Source: a virus. Taken from it: a stretch of 64,000 nucleotides of DNA. This document shows positions 45,616 to 56,100 of the stretch, piece after piece. The stretch's first letter is position 1; each line of letters opens with the position of its first letter. Under the pieces are notes generated by a model that was not told the origin of the DNA, did no database searches, and saw only the letters and a program-made list of their open reading frames with translations. Position numbers and translations under genes: made by a program. The DNA is taken from IMG/VR virus record IMGVR_UViG_3300041405_000299, positions 1 to 64,000 of that record; one strand, given 5' to 3'.

Positions 45616-46172
45616 ATATTACTAACCGGACGCCCCTCGCGGGCGTCAAACTGTTTGACAGCAATACCTATCCAGCCAGTTGTATCGATCTGTATTGGCG
45701 TGGCGCCGCCCCGATTATCTTCGAACTGTCGGATGATCCCGATGAAGGCGACGCGTACCCCCATTTTTTAGTCCATATCCACTCCCAACTTTCCGTTCAA
45801 GCCATCCAGCTCCTCCAACATGATGACCACCGCATCCTCGTAGCCGAAGTTAAAGGCGGCGACCAAACGTTTTGGGCCGTGCAGGATGATGACGTGGTGA
45901 CGTTGGACCTGAAGAAACCTATTTTTAGTGAGGAATACACGGTATTCACGGCTCCGTATTACCTGGAGGACGTGTTCAAAATGACGATCGGAGAAGCGGT
46001 GTTGGCGACAACGTTTTCGCCGGTGGATTTGTACTGGTTGCTCGGCCCGGCTGGCCGTACAGTAGGGTTGTATGATACGAAGATCTGGGAGGAAGCAGCT
46101 CGCCGCCTCCCAGGCTCTTATTTTTTAGATCTGCTCGCTACCACTGAAGGTACCTTGCTGGATCCGAAGTAA
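45612..46172 (+). CDS. Hypothetical protein (last plus-strand gene)
   Basis: ATGA coupling. Converges on the minus-strand module. Confidence 0.75.
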   Translation: MNITNRTPLAGVKLFDSNTYPASCIDLYWRGAAPIIFELSDDPDEGDAYPHFLVHIHSQLSVQAIQLLQHDDHRILVAEVKGGDQTFWAVQDDDVVTLDLKKPIFSEEYTVFTAPYYLEDVFKMTIGEAVLATTFSPVDLYWLLGPAGRTVGLYDTKIWEEAARRLPGSYFLDLLATTEGTLLDPK

Positions 46173-46621
46173 TAACCGATCACGTTCATCCACGCCGTGC
46201 TCAGGGATCCGAGCATGATGTTGACGATGTTCATGCTTTCCGTAGGGATTGGCACGAAGATCAGCATGAAGATGATCGCGAAGAGTCCACCGGTTACCGC
46301 TGCCGCCAGGGTAGCCGGCGTACGATCCCGCAGTGTCATCTCCCGTTCCCGGGCGTTAGCTACGTCCTGAAAGTACTCGTCCTTAAGGTTTAACTGAGTG
46401 AGGGTTGCACGGAATTCACCGTCCAGTTCAATCAGCTTGGCCAACATCTCCGGCGTTTGAGCCCCGATAGCGTCTGCCAGGGCCGCGTCAACGTCCTCTG
46501 GCGGAGTGTCGAAAAGCTTTGACGCTAAAAAACTAATGGCGATACCGGAAAGTGGCCCGTTAAGGGCCATTCCGAGAGTCGGCGCTACGCGGATGACGAG
46601 CGACTTCCAATCAAACGGCAT
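46118..46621 (-). CDS. Holin-like protein (3-TM holin family-like)
   Basis: SD GAGGA. N-terminal TM, coiled central region and two C-terminal TMs (LAAAVTGGLFAIIFMLIFV, IVNIMLGSLSTAWMNVIGYYF). Confidence 0.5.
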   Translation of the reverse strand: MPFDWKSLVIRVAPTLGMALNGPLSGIAISFLASKLFDTPPEDVDAALADAIGAQTPEMLAKLIELDGEFRATLTQLNLKDEYFQDVANAREREMTLRDRTPATLAAAVTGGLFAIIFMLIFVPIPTESMNIVNIMLGSLSTAWMNVIGYYFGSSKVPSVVASRSKK

Positions 46622-46973
46622 ATTCCTCGACCTCATCGACGGATCCCGCCGTGAACTGATCAACCAGCGATTTGAAGGTAGACTTCATGTGGTTAACCAT
46701 GTTCGTTTGTTCCTGGGCGGTATCCAGTTTGGCCAGTCCTTCCTTGTACCGGCAGTAACGGCTACCGAAGTTCGACTTCTTGTCGGGGTTGTACTTTGGA
46801 ATCTTGGCCAATTCCTTGAGGTGAACGATGCCAATATAGTCTCCCAGGCTGCCATCGTCAGTCTTCTCGTAGATGAAGATATCAGGGGAGACGTCGCTCC
46901 CCTCTTTCACCTTGGCCACTACCTCGTACTTCCCGTCCTTGAAATGCGTGATCAGGACAAGAGTATTAGGCAT
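46611..46973 (-). CDS. Hypothetical virion-module protein
   Basis: SD GGAGA. ORF track. Confidence 0.75.
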   Translation of the reverse strand: MPNTLVLITHFKDGKYEVVAKVKEGSDVSPDIFIYEKTDDGSLGDYIGIVHLKELAKIPKYNPDKKSNFGSRYCRYKEGLAKLDTAQEQTNMVNHMKSTFKSLVDQFTAGSVDEVEEYAV

Positions 46974-47460
46974 ACAGGATTCTCCACCAGAACTGCAGCG
47001 AGAAGGAATCTACCTTCGGTACCGCACGGAACGTCTTGATGTTGAACATGTCGCCGGACTCCTTGAACAGACCCACTTCGGAAATGTTCTCGCCGTTTGC
47101 TTCAGCTGGACCGAGCACGAAGTCCACTGTGATGTAATCCTGGGCGTCGGTCAGGGCTGACGGGGTGATGCTCAGGTTACGGTTATAGGTGATGATCGGG
47201 TTGTACAGATCATTCAGGGTTGGGTCCGGGCGCTTAGGCTTGCGGCCCAGCGAGTCGTAACAACCACCGTTACCGATCTTGAACGAGTCAATACGGTTCA
47301 CCTTTGCGTTCGGATCGTACAGGAAGCTTAAGTGCTCACGCTTCGCCGCACGGACGATGAGGTTCTTCTCTTCGACCAGGCGTTCGGTACGTCCGTCATT
47401 CCAGATCCGATCTACGATCAGGAAGCCTTCCAGCACGTCGCTGGATTCATTGAGTTTCAT
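46966..47460 (-). CDS. Hypothetical structural protein
   Basis: SD AAGGAG. ORF track. Confidence 0.75.
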   Translation of the reverse strand: MKLNESSDVLEGFLIVDRIWNDGRTERLVEEKNLIVRAAKREHLSFLYDPNAKVNRIDSFKIGNGGCYDSLGRKPKRPDPTLNDLYNPIITYNRNLSITPSALTDAQDYITVDFVLGPAEANGENISEVGLFKESGDMFNIKTFRAVPKVDSFSLQFWWRILYA

Positions 47461-47469
47461 GGTTTCTCC

Positions 47470-49635
47470 TTAGTCTCTGCGGATAATGACCTTGAGGTCA
47501 CCACCGAAATCGCCACTGCGGTCAAACTTCAGGTCGCCGCCGCCACGGCCGTCACGGTAATGACCATCCTGTACGGCACGAGCATCGGTTAACGCTCCGT
47601 TCGCCAGGTAGGTTCCACGGGTAATCGGAGAAGTCCCCGGGGTCTGCGTGAAAGCCAGTGTCATTTCGATCGGGTCACCGTCGTTCACTGGGAAGTACGT
47701 CGGCAGGATATCTGCTTGTTCAACCACCAGCGATACCGACCAGTTATCCTGGAAGATCTCTGAGAAGAGAAGCTTACCGGTCAACGGCAGGTCTTCCTTG
47801 CGTGGCACGTACATTTGGCCGGCATGCTTCGACAGAATCGGTGGCACGTAACCGTCAGTGTACTTGAAGGTAAAAACCTTCTCCAGTGTCGGATCGTAAG
47901 CGTCAGCGGTGGTACCTGCGGTTCGCACGATGATATCATCATAGTGATCCTGGAGGGCGATATCGCCGGCCCAGAAAGGATGTGCTCCGCTTTGTACCAA
48001 TGCCGCTGACACATTGATTTTAGCCAGTTTGTCCTTGAGCTCGTCTTCGTGACAGAGATACAGGGGGACAATGTTACGCGTGTCCGCTTGCAGAGCCTGG
48101 CCGTCGGCGTTTAAATAGGTCCGTACAAGGCCGATGGAGGTAGAGGTATCACTACCCCTCTTACCGCGGATACCGGTCGAACGGCCGCGAACGACTGCCA
48201 TAGATCCTCGTGAGGAGAAGACGGGGTCGACGCGATGAATGTCGGACTCGATGTCTTCTCCAGCTTCAGTAACCCATCCACCAATTCCTGAAATTGCGGT
48301 CCCATCTGCATTTCGTCCTCGAAATTCACCGAGTTTGGGGTTGTCACCGAGCAGTTGCTGATGGTAGACAGGGATCTGGCAACGGTTGTAGAAATTTGTG
48401 CCGCGATCAAAGTACGTAGCTCGGTCTCCTCGAACAAAGTCAATGATGGCCGTGTCATAAATGTTATCCTCGATGTCGACACGTTGATTCATCTCGAAGT
48501 CGGTGTCGGTGATGTAAACAATTTCGTCACCCATCGGTGCACGCCACACGAATACCGGGAAGGTATGGCTCGGGCGGGCCCGCCAGATAACGTCGGAAAC
48601 CGTGTAGTAGCCCTTGAGGTCCACGCCGGTTTGCTGGAATAGTACCATGAAGGTGTTGTACTTCAAGTAATTCCGCATGATGTAAGCCATATCGGTATTC
48701 GGCTGCACAGGAGGATACTGCACGCCACCGGTCAGTTCGCCAGGAATGAAGGTGTTGTACCACCATTCACCAGACTTCTGGTAATCCTTGATATCCACCC
48801 AGTTGATTAGCTGCGTGCCTTCAATCAAGTCGTCTCCGACGGCCACGTCCGGTTGGAAACCGTAAGGGATGTCGTAGAAGTTGGTGGCGGTCAGGATCTC
48901 CCAGTGACCGTTGATCGGGTTCTGCAGCACGTTCATCACTCGCTCGTTGGCACGAACGGTTGGGATCCCCAGAGCCAGGTTCACGCCGGCCTGGATGTAG
49001 TTGATCACCGGGCCGTGCGAATACAGGAAGTACAGACCATTAACAAAGTCTTTGTAGTTCCCAATCGCCCGGTCCTGCGTCATGCCCACGGCACGCCCAA
49101 ACTGAGAGTAGATGATATCTTCGTCAATGCACACGTTTGACGCCCACAGAGCAAACTGCGTGACGCCTTCTGCCGTGACACGCTGAGGGAAACCCAGCTC
49201 AGCCAGGGGCTTGTAGAAGGAGATCTGCGTGTAATCTTCACTGATCTCAAAGTGCACGCCCTGAGACAGAGAGATTGTCGGCAGCATCGGACGGTTCATG
49301 ATGAAGTCGATCTTCGTGGTACGTTCCGGAAGCTTGAACACCGAGCCCGTCAACCCATCGATAGCATCGGCTGGGTTAAAAAGAAACAGTTTCAGCTGAG
49401 AGTTGTAAGACTCCTGGATCGTACGCAGCGAAAGGTTACCCGCACGCTGCAGGAAGCCGCCGTAAGCGTCACCGAGCTGCTGGGTGGAAACCTCGAGGAG
49501 GGAATCCACGAGGTCTTGGTCAGCGAAGATCTGCAGCCAGAAGTCAGACAGCCCATAGTAATAGGCCATCTGTCCTTTCACTGCAGCACGCTCACCGATG
49601 CCGGTTAAATCGGCTGATGAGATGTAGTTGCTCAT
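47470..49635 (-). CDS. Baseplate/tail-fibre-like structural protein (721 aa)
   Basis: SD GGAGAG. Lies downstream of the baseplate-J-like gene. Confidence 0.6.
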   Translation of the reverse strand: MSNYISSADLTGIGERAAVKGQMAYYYGLSDFWLQIFADQDLVDSLLEVSTQQLGDAYGGFLQRAGNLSLRTIQESYNSQLKLFLFNPADAIDGLTGSVFKLPERTTKIDFIMNRPMLPTISLSQGVHFEISEDYTQISFYKPLAELGFPQRVTAEGVTQFALWASNVCIDEDIIYSQFGRAVGMTQDRAIGNYKDFVNGLYFLYSHGPVINYIQAGVNLALGIPTVRANERVMNVLQNPINGHWEILTATNFYDIPYGFQPDVAVGDDLIEGTQLINWVDIKDYQKSGEWWYNTFIPGELTGGVQYPPVQPNTDMAYIMRNYLKYNTFMVLFQQTGVDLKGYYTVSDVIWRARPSHTFPVFVWRAPMGDEIVYITDTDFEMNQRVDIEDNIYDTAIIDFVRGDRATYFDRGTNFYNRCQIPVYHQQLLGDNPKLGEFRGRNADGTAISGIGGWVTEAGEDIESDIHRVDPVFSSRGSMAVVRGRSTGIRGKRGSDTSTSIGLVRTYLNADGQALQADTRNIVPLYLCHEDELKDKLAKINVSAALVQSGAHPFWAGDIALQDHYDDIIVRTAGTTADAYDPTLEKVFTFKYTDGYVPPILSKHAGQMYVPRKEDLPLTGKLLFSEIFQDNWSVSLVVEQADILPTYFPVNDGDPIEMTLAFTQTPGTSPITRGTYLANGALTDARAVQDGHYRDGRGGGDLKFDRSGDFGGDLKVIIRRD

Positions 49636-51215
49636 GCACTCTCCGGAGTGATCGTAAAGGTATCCAGGTAGAAGCGCTGGGTCGAAGCCGCAGTGTACCC
49701 GTCAGTAACCGGGGAAGAAGTCTTCACCAGATCCTTCGAGATTGCCGTCGCCGTTACGTCCAGTGGCGCCTTCACGCTCGTCAGTCCTGCATCCCCGATC
49801 AGTTTGTAGATCTCTGATACGTAGATGGTACCATCAACTGGCGTCTGGTTGAAGTACGCTTCGATCGCCGCCCGGGCTGCGGAGAGTTTTGCCGTGTCAT
49901 AAGACGACTCGTACCCACTGGCTTTGATGTCAATCAGGATTGGCTCGAAGGCACGGGCCAGCTGGTTGGCACACACCACACGGTTCTGCTGATCTTCCAG
50001 GAATGACTGAATGTCTTCCAGACCAACAAACTTGCGAACCACGAAGCTCGCCGTCATGTTCGGGTAGTCCCGGCCAAAGTCGATGTGAACGATTTGGCTT
50101 GCTGACAGACCGTAGTCTTTCTGCGGTACGAGAGGCTTGTGATCCGTGTACACTGTGGTGTTCGGGTAGGACACAGCTGCTTCGGCGGTCATCGGGATAG
50201 TATCAGCGTCAACACCACCGGACAGCGTTGAGCGGTCAACATCGAAGATCGGACCGGTGATTTCAATCACACCCGCAGCGTTCGTCGTGTATTGCACAAC
50301 GGAAGTACGGAACGCGGTATCCGCATAGATGTCCACGGCGCCACCGATGTGGATACGGAATTTATCCTGCAGATCAGGATCACCCATCACGCCCTCCACC
50401 TGGACGTAATCACGCCACATGTCGGGGTCACCCATACCAACCACTTTGATGTACTTGATGTAGTTAAACACGTCGTACAAACGAGAGGTGATCGACGGAT
50501 CGTTGATCAGGTTACGGGTTGAGATCGAGTTGTATGAACGCTCCACCATTTCCAGGTTGGTTTCTTCACGAACGGCCGGTGAGTCCTGATACAGGATCTT
50601 CCCCTTCACGAAGTACGGGTTGAACAGCGTGAAGTACAACAGATCGCCTTCCGTCAGGTCGTTAAACGCTTCGTCAGACGACTGAGAGGACAGGTTTGTG
50701 TCGAAATACCACAGCTCTTCCGAAGAGTCGTACGACAGGTACACGTTTCCGGAGATCGGAGTGTCACCGTCTTTCAGCGGCTGGGCAAAGACTGGGGCCG
50801 TCGGGTAGAACATGTACGTGTTGTCGGTTGAGAAGTACGCCGACGTTGGCAGGCTCACGTTGCTCGGCGTACCGTTCTGAAACAGGAAGTACAGGCGTGC
50901 ACGTACCGTCGCGTAGGATCCACTGTTACGGTTAACGAAGAAGTTCGACAGGATGTTGTCGACCACTTCTGCCGGCGTATCATTGGTCACGTTGGCCAGT
51001 GTCGCTGAGTCAAAATACGTTTCGGTGTACTTGCGGATCAGGGCGATGAGCATTGCGTTAGGGCGAATCACTAAGTCCCGCACACCGGTACCCTGACGGA
51101 AGTCAACCGTCGGGAACTTCGACTCCAGGTATTGCTGGGCGAAGGTTTCAGCTTGCTGGACGTCATCGGCAGACAACTCCAGCGAATTCATTACGGAAAA
51201 GATATCGTTAGCCAC
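49632..51215 (-). CDS. Baseplate J-like protein (527 aa)
   Basis: GTG start after GAGGTG. Assigned by its position immediately after the gp25-like gene and by its size. Confidence 0.5.
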   Translation of the reverse strand: MANDIFSVMNSLELSADDVQQAETFAQQYLESKFPTVDFRQGTGVRDLVIRPNAMLIALIRKYTETYFDSATLANVTNDTPAEVVDNILSNFFVNRNSGSYATVRARLYFLFQNGTPSNVSLPTSAYFSTDNTYMFYPTAPVFAQPLKDGDTPISGNVYLSYDSSEELWYFDTNLSSQSSDEAFNDLTEGDLLYFTLFNPYFVKGKILYQDSPAVREETNLEMVERSYNSISTRNLINDPSITSRLYDVFNYIKYIKVVGMGDPDMWRDYVQVEGVMGDPDLQDKFRIHIGGAVDIYADTAFRTSVVQYTTNAAGVIEITGPIFDVDRSTLSGGVDADTIPMTAEAAVSYPNTTVYTDHKPLVPQKDYGLSASQIVHIDFGRDYPNMTASFVVRKFVGLEDIQSFLEDQQNRVVCANQLARAFEPILIDIKASGYESSYDTAKLSAARAAIEAYFNQTPVDGTIYVSEIYKLIGDAGLTSVKAPLDVTATAISKDLVKTSSPVTDGYTAASTQRFYLDTFTITPESA

Positions 51216-51714
51216 TGGTCACCTCATTAAGTACTAGGCCGTTACTGTTAAACGGCAGGGCAATCGGGGCACCCACACCGGCTTTGGTCAAGACGCGGAC
51301 CTTGATGATCGTCGTTTCGCTCCCCTGAACGGCGTCCAGTACCTCTACGCTCTCCAGTTGGGATTCCGCAGAGTACAAATAGGAGTTCAGGATGGCTTTC
51401 GCCTGATCGCTCGCCTGCTTGATCGCCGCAGTGATCGCCGCTTTGGCCGCCACAGAGTCCTGCGTGATGTTAGAATACCACACGAACTCCGAGAACTTGG
51501 TTCCCTGCTTCGGATAAATCGGATCGGTACCGGTACTCGTCATCAGACACTTCACAAGCACCTGAACGACTTTCTGCAGGCCGGTAATCTTACGCGGGTT
51601 GTTGCCCAGAGTAAATTCCAGCTTGGAGTTCGGGAAGCCGTCCGGGAAGCTCAGCAGCAGGAGATCGTAACGGTCCTGTTGTTTTAGGTTTTCACTATTG
51701 CCTACACGGGCCAT
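51208..51714 (-). CDS. gp25-like baseplate wedge protein
   Basis: SD GGAGGA. GLQKVVQVLVKCLMTSTGTDPIYPKQGTKF resembles the GPW/gp25 core. Confidence 0.5.
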   Translation of the reverse strand: MARVGNSENLKQQDRYDLLLLSFPDGFPNSKLEFTLGNNPRKITGLQKVVQVLVKCLMTSTGTDPIYPKQGTKFSEFVWYSNITQDSVAAKAAITAAIKQASDQAKAILNSYLYSAESQLESVEVLDAVQGSETTIIKVRVLTKAGVGAPIALPFNSNGLVLNEVTSG

Positions 51715-52103
51715 TATTCCTCCGGCGCCTGACGCGCTCCAGTTAAGTTGTACAGATTATTCTGCATGTTGTTCTGCCAGTTCGCCTGTCGAATTCCGGC
51801 GTCGGCAGCCGCTTCTCGGTAGTAATCCGCTCGTGTCATCTGTCGGAGGGCCATTTCTGCCGTGACCGAGTCGATGCTACGAAAGGAATCTAAAAGAGCG
51901 GCGTTGGTCGTAGAAGCAGAACCGTTTACACGGCTCTGGATGGCTCTACGCATATCGGATAGATCTAAGTCCTTGATCACTTCGCCGGCATCCTTAGCGG
52001 GAGTCTCAGGGTCCCCAAGGAACCCTGAAAGACCCTGGAAGTAGCTTCCAACCGCTTTGAAATGCTTGGTGACGAGTCCTGGAATATCTGTTAGTTGTCC
52101 CAC
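51714..52103 (-). CDS. Hypothetical protein (129 aa)
   Basis: GTG start after ACGGAG. Overlaps the end of the sigma gene. Confidence 0.7.
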   Translation of the reverse strand: MGQLTDIPGLVTKHFKAVGSYFQGLSGFLGDPETPAKDAGEVIKDLDLSDMRRAIQSRVNGSASTTNAALLDSFRSIDSVTAEMALRQMTRADYYREAAADAGIRQANWQNNMQNNLYNLTGARQAPEE

Positions 52104-52795
52104 GTTCCGTACTCCGTCAGTAAAGACTGCACTTTGTCTTTAAGCTTGCCGGACGCGTAGTTATACTGGTTGATGTTCATGTTGAGAGAGCTTGCAATAT
52201 CACCTGCGGCAATCTTGTTTGCCCGTCCCTCGAAGATCTTCAGCTCGTCCGGCGTCAACTTACCTTTAATGTAGTTTAGTTTCAGCGGATCAGAGTTGAA
52301 CTTCGAGTGCTCTGGGTCATACAGGTTACCGGATTCAGCATGGTCCTGGAAGATCAAGGACTTATACTTCGTGACTTCCTTCTCCGGCCAACCCAGACGT
52401 TCACCGATCTCTTTGTCCGTCGGGTCACGACCCAGTTCGTCTTCGAGGTTGGTAACGGCGAGGTTGAACTTGCCGTACTGCAGCTGCTTGTCCTCACCCA
52501 TGTTTGCCCGGTTCTGGTACGTGTAGTTCAGACGTTTAGCTTTACGCGTCCAGTTATACACGTGAGTCGAGAGCTTGGTGCCTTTGCTCGGATCGTAATC
52601 CTTGATAGCACGGATAGCCCACGACACGACCTCACCCTTAAGAGCAGACGGTGGGAGAGAACCCGACAGCTTGGTGGTTTCGCTCTGAATGATAGGCTTC
52701 AGGTTGTTCACCAGGTTCTTCAGAGCCTTTTTGTCGCCCGTGTTCTTCCATGCATGGAACAACTCAAGGTCTTTGTCGCCTAAATCATTACTCAT
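52091..52795 (-). CDS. Sigma-70 family RNA polymerase sigma factor (phage-encoded)
   Basis: Region-2-like segment LVNNLKPIIQSETTKL...EVVSWAIRAIKDYDPSKGTKLSTHVYNW. Region-4-like HTH LTPDELKIFEGRANKIAAGDIASSLNMNINQY. Confidence 0.65.
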   Translation of the reverse strand: MSNDLGDKDLELFHAWKNTGDKKALKNLVNNLKPIIQSETTKLSGSLPPSALKGEVVSWAIRAIKDYDPSKGTKLSTHVYNWTRKAKRLNYTYQNRANMGEDKQLQYGKFNLAVTNLEDELGRDPTDKEIGERLGWPEKEVTKYKSLIFQDHAESGNLYDPEHSKFNSDPLKLNYIKGKLTPDELKIFEGRANKIAAGDIASSLNMNINQYNYASGKLKDKVQSLLTEYGTWDN

Positions 52796-52796
52796 G

Positions 52797-53087
52797 TTAC
52801 ACCTCTTGAGTTAAATTGAATGCTCGTACTACGTTGTACGCGTAGTCTACCATGAGCTGCTGCATCTGGAGCGAGTTTCGACGGTACACGAAGCAATCCT
52901 TCGCGGCCGATGTTGTCGATAAACGCTGATCGGAAATCAGAACAGTAGGAATCATGTTGTTAAAACGACGTACAATATTCATCTTCTGGGTTTCAGCCAG
53001 ACTCTCGTCCGGCTGTACCACCTGAGACTCCGGCAGTTTCGCCGGGAGTCCTTCAGGATATGTTAGAATTGCACTGTATTCTGCCAT
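52797..53087 (-). CDS. Hypothetical protein (96 aa)
   Basis: ORF track. The ATG is directly abutted by a promoter-like motif. Confidence 0.7.
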   Translation of the reverse strand: MAEYSAILTYPEGLPAKLPESQVVQPDESLAETQKMNIVRRFNNMIPTVLISDQRLSTTSAAKDCFVYRRNSLQMQQLMVDYAYNVVRAFNLTQEV

Positions 53088-53100
53088 ATTACTTATACCC
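53081..53100 (-). promoter_or_regulatory. Conserved phage promoter-like motif on the minus strand (GGGTATAAGTAAT-ATG)
   Basis: The reverse complement of 53088-53100 is GGGTATAAGTAAT, followed immediately by the ATG of the 96-aa gene. Confidence 0.5.
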
Positions 53101-56100
53101 TTAACCTAAGCCTAAGTCGAAGTGAACCGGATCGTAGGTAGAGAAGTTCCCACCCCAACGCAATTTCACTCCAAGCGAGTTCGCGACCTGGATAACGTAC
53201 TGGGCAAAGTTCTGCATCACAGCACGGGAAGACGCATGCAAATCGTTACACGGCACCATGTCTACTGCCCATGACGGCGACTTACGGTGACGAGACCCGT
53301 TGCCGGCACCCTGAGCGTAGGACGATGAGTCGTTCTCAAGGGATTGCTGCTTGGCCGATGAGCGATAACCACTGGTGACCACCACTGGACGCGTCTCGAT
53401 GACCTTCATCACGACTTTAATCAAGTCCGGGTGGCAGGTAGCCAGGATCGACTGCGAATTCGCATCCAGTACGCCTACTGAACAACGCTTACCTAGTTTA
53501 GGCAGAACGGTTGGCGTCGCTGGAGCACTCTGAGTGGCTTTATTCTCTTCGCTCGTTACTGCAGTGCCTGGCGTCGGTTGCTGATTCGTCGGACGAACAC
53601 CTTGGTTAACGATTGGGTCCGGCGTCTCTCCGTCAAACTCATAGTCGATGAACGCGGAGGATTCCATGTCACGGCCCCGCAACGTGCTACTTGATTCCGA
53701 TCCCTTGCCGTCATTGACCCACGGACCTTTACGCACTTCCTCAACGGTTGGTGACCCTTGGTTCCACATGTCGATGTCAACGAAGGTTTCTGACAGTACG
53801 CAGTGATCCTGTTCGACGTCCATTAGGGTTGCGATGTTACGGGCCACCAGGTTCAGGTTACCGAGTGTCGTCGTGTAGAGCGTCGGACGGGACGGATCGT
53901 TTACGTACTCCGAACCCCCGATCTCCCAGACGCCCATATTACGCTTCACCGGAATCGGACGACCGGTTGAATAGGACTCGAGGATCGTCGGATCGGCGGC
54001 GCCCACACCCAGAACATCAACGTAGTACTCACAGGCACGCTGGAAGGCCTTGGTGTTGCCGTACATCGACAGGTTCTCATCCATTCGTAACTGAGCGAGC
54101 AACCATGGATAGGTTCCCGGAATGTAGCACGTGGCCAGTTCCGAGAAGGTGTACGCAGAGCTGATCCCGATGTTCGTGCTGGAATAACCGGAAGCATCGA
54201 TCGAGTGGTTTACGCTCGAGCAGAAGCCATGGTAAGACTCTCGCAGCGGTGATGGATCAACCACGTCCATTGGGTAGCCGGGAACGATGAACGGGTTGAA
54301 CACCCCATCGATCACGCCAGAGCGGGCCTGAGAGTAAATGTTCGAATACTCAACGTCCACACCGGTGAAGAACAAGCGTTCATACGCATTGGTTCCGGAC
54401 AGATCTGCATCCCATGGGTTCAGACTCGGGTCTTCCGGGTACAGCTTAAGCCACGCTGCTTTCAGTTTGGCTGCCGTGTCTGCGTCCGCCAAGTCACCCA
54501 CGTTGGCCGAAGGAGATTGCTGAGCCAGAACGGCATACCAGAACGGCAGAGTACCGTCAGCGGTACGTACACCGCTCGCCCACTCGTATTTGCCCGGCGT
54601 TGCTCGCAGTGGCAGCAGTGTCTTCGACAGGTTACCACCGTTTGCCAAGGCTTTACGGACAGAATGTGGGGCAATGAAGTTGTGGCCAAACACGTCGGTC
54701 TGGGCGTTCATGACCGAATCTGCTTGGAACGGCATCGCGTTGTAGATCACACGGGATGGCACGGAGTCCGTACCCAGGTTCACGCTCATGCTTTCATACA
54801 TGTGAGGCAGAATCACGTTACAGATTGGTGAGTAGTAGGCGAACATCTTCGGTTTGAAGACGTGGTCGATTACCTCACGCTTACCTGCAATCCCCAGGAC
54901 CGCCGGTGAGTTCAAGATCACGTGGTCATATTCCACGAGGTTCATAAACTGGTCGACAAACTGCCCAAAGGACGTCACTTCACCGGTCCCGCCGGACATC
55001 AGATCGTTGGACATAATGTGCAGCAACTGTTCAGCCATGGCCCGTGGCATCATGCCGTTCAGGTTACCAGGAATCAGCTTACCGTTACCTGACGCCATCT
55101 CCTCGTTCGACCCTTTAGCTGCTGCCGCATTGGCTGCAATCGACTGGGCGGACGGGAGTGGCGCGTCCAGGAAGAAGGAACGGTCACGAGAGCGACGAGA
55201 TACCAGACCCTGGGATACCGAACCGCCTGCATGCACCCAATCCATGAACGCTGCTGCGGCGCCTTCAGTATTGCCTTCCGTAATCAAACGGACGATCGTT
55301 GAAGGTTGGCCGCTAGCCTGCCACAGTGCTCCATCTTTACCACCGCGGCCGCCGGGCCCAACGTTAAAGGTAAGATCCACGAGAGCGTCAAACTGGCCCT
55401 GAGACAGGGTAAGCCCAAGCTTATTCACCGCATCTTCCGCAGAGCGAATATCCTGGGACAGTAACTTGTCGACTTCCAAGTCGCTTAATGTCTTACCGTC
55501 GTAGGCCGTCTCTGTTTTAGCTACGGCATGACCCACGCCGATCGTAGGCGTACCCACCGCATCTGCTGCGTGAGCAATCTCTTTGCCAGTCTTATCGTCG
55601 TACAGCTTATAACGACGGCCTTCAGAGAATTCAAGGAGCTCTTTCTTGCCGCGGGCAGACATAGACTTCGAACCTACCGTTGGCGTTGGCGTCGTACCTT
55701 TGTTTTCAGCCGTTTGCGTGGTCGTCGGGGCCGGCGTTGGGGCAGTCTTGCCGTCTTTCTGAACGGAACCTTCAATGACAGGATGTCCGGACATGCGGTT
55801 GAAGTAATTCAAACCGATTTCCAGCAGCGGGATGTACATCTTGGTCATGATCGACTTGTCCTGCTGGGTATCCGAGGAGTAAGCCGAGCGTTTCAGAGAG
55901 TTCCACATACCGACGACGATTCCAGGGATCCCCTGAAGACGCCAGTAGTTGTCACTCATGGTCTCTGACAGCACGGAAGTATCCCCGCCGCCCTGCTCGA
56001 TGCTCACGTCACCTTCACGGGGTTCGTGGACGCCGGCCAAGGCTTGTTCGATAGCGAAGACTGACCCGATGTTGTTCCCATCAACCATAATACCGAAAGC

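Noticed and set aside
52307-52783. Plus-strand ORFs inside the late module (for example 52307-52783, 53748-54164, 54854-55402, 55528-55968, 62556-63170, 46506-47039)
   Set aside because: They are antisense to long, SD-led minus-strand structural genes with recognisable domains. They have low-complexity Arg/His-rich translations and no SD.
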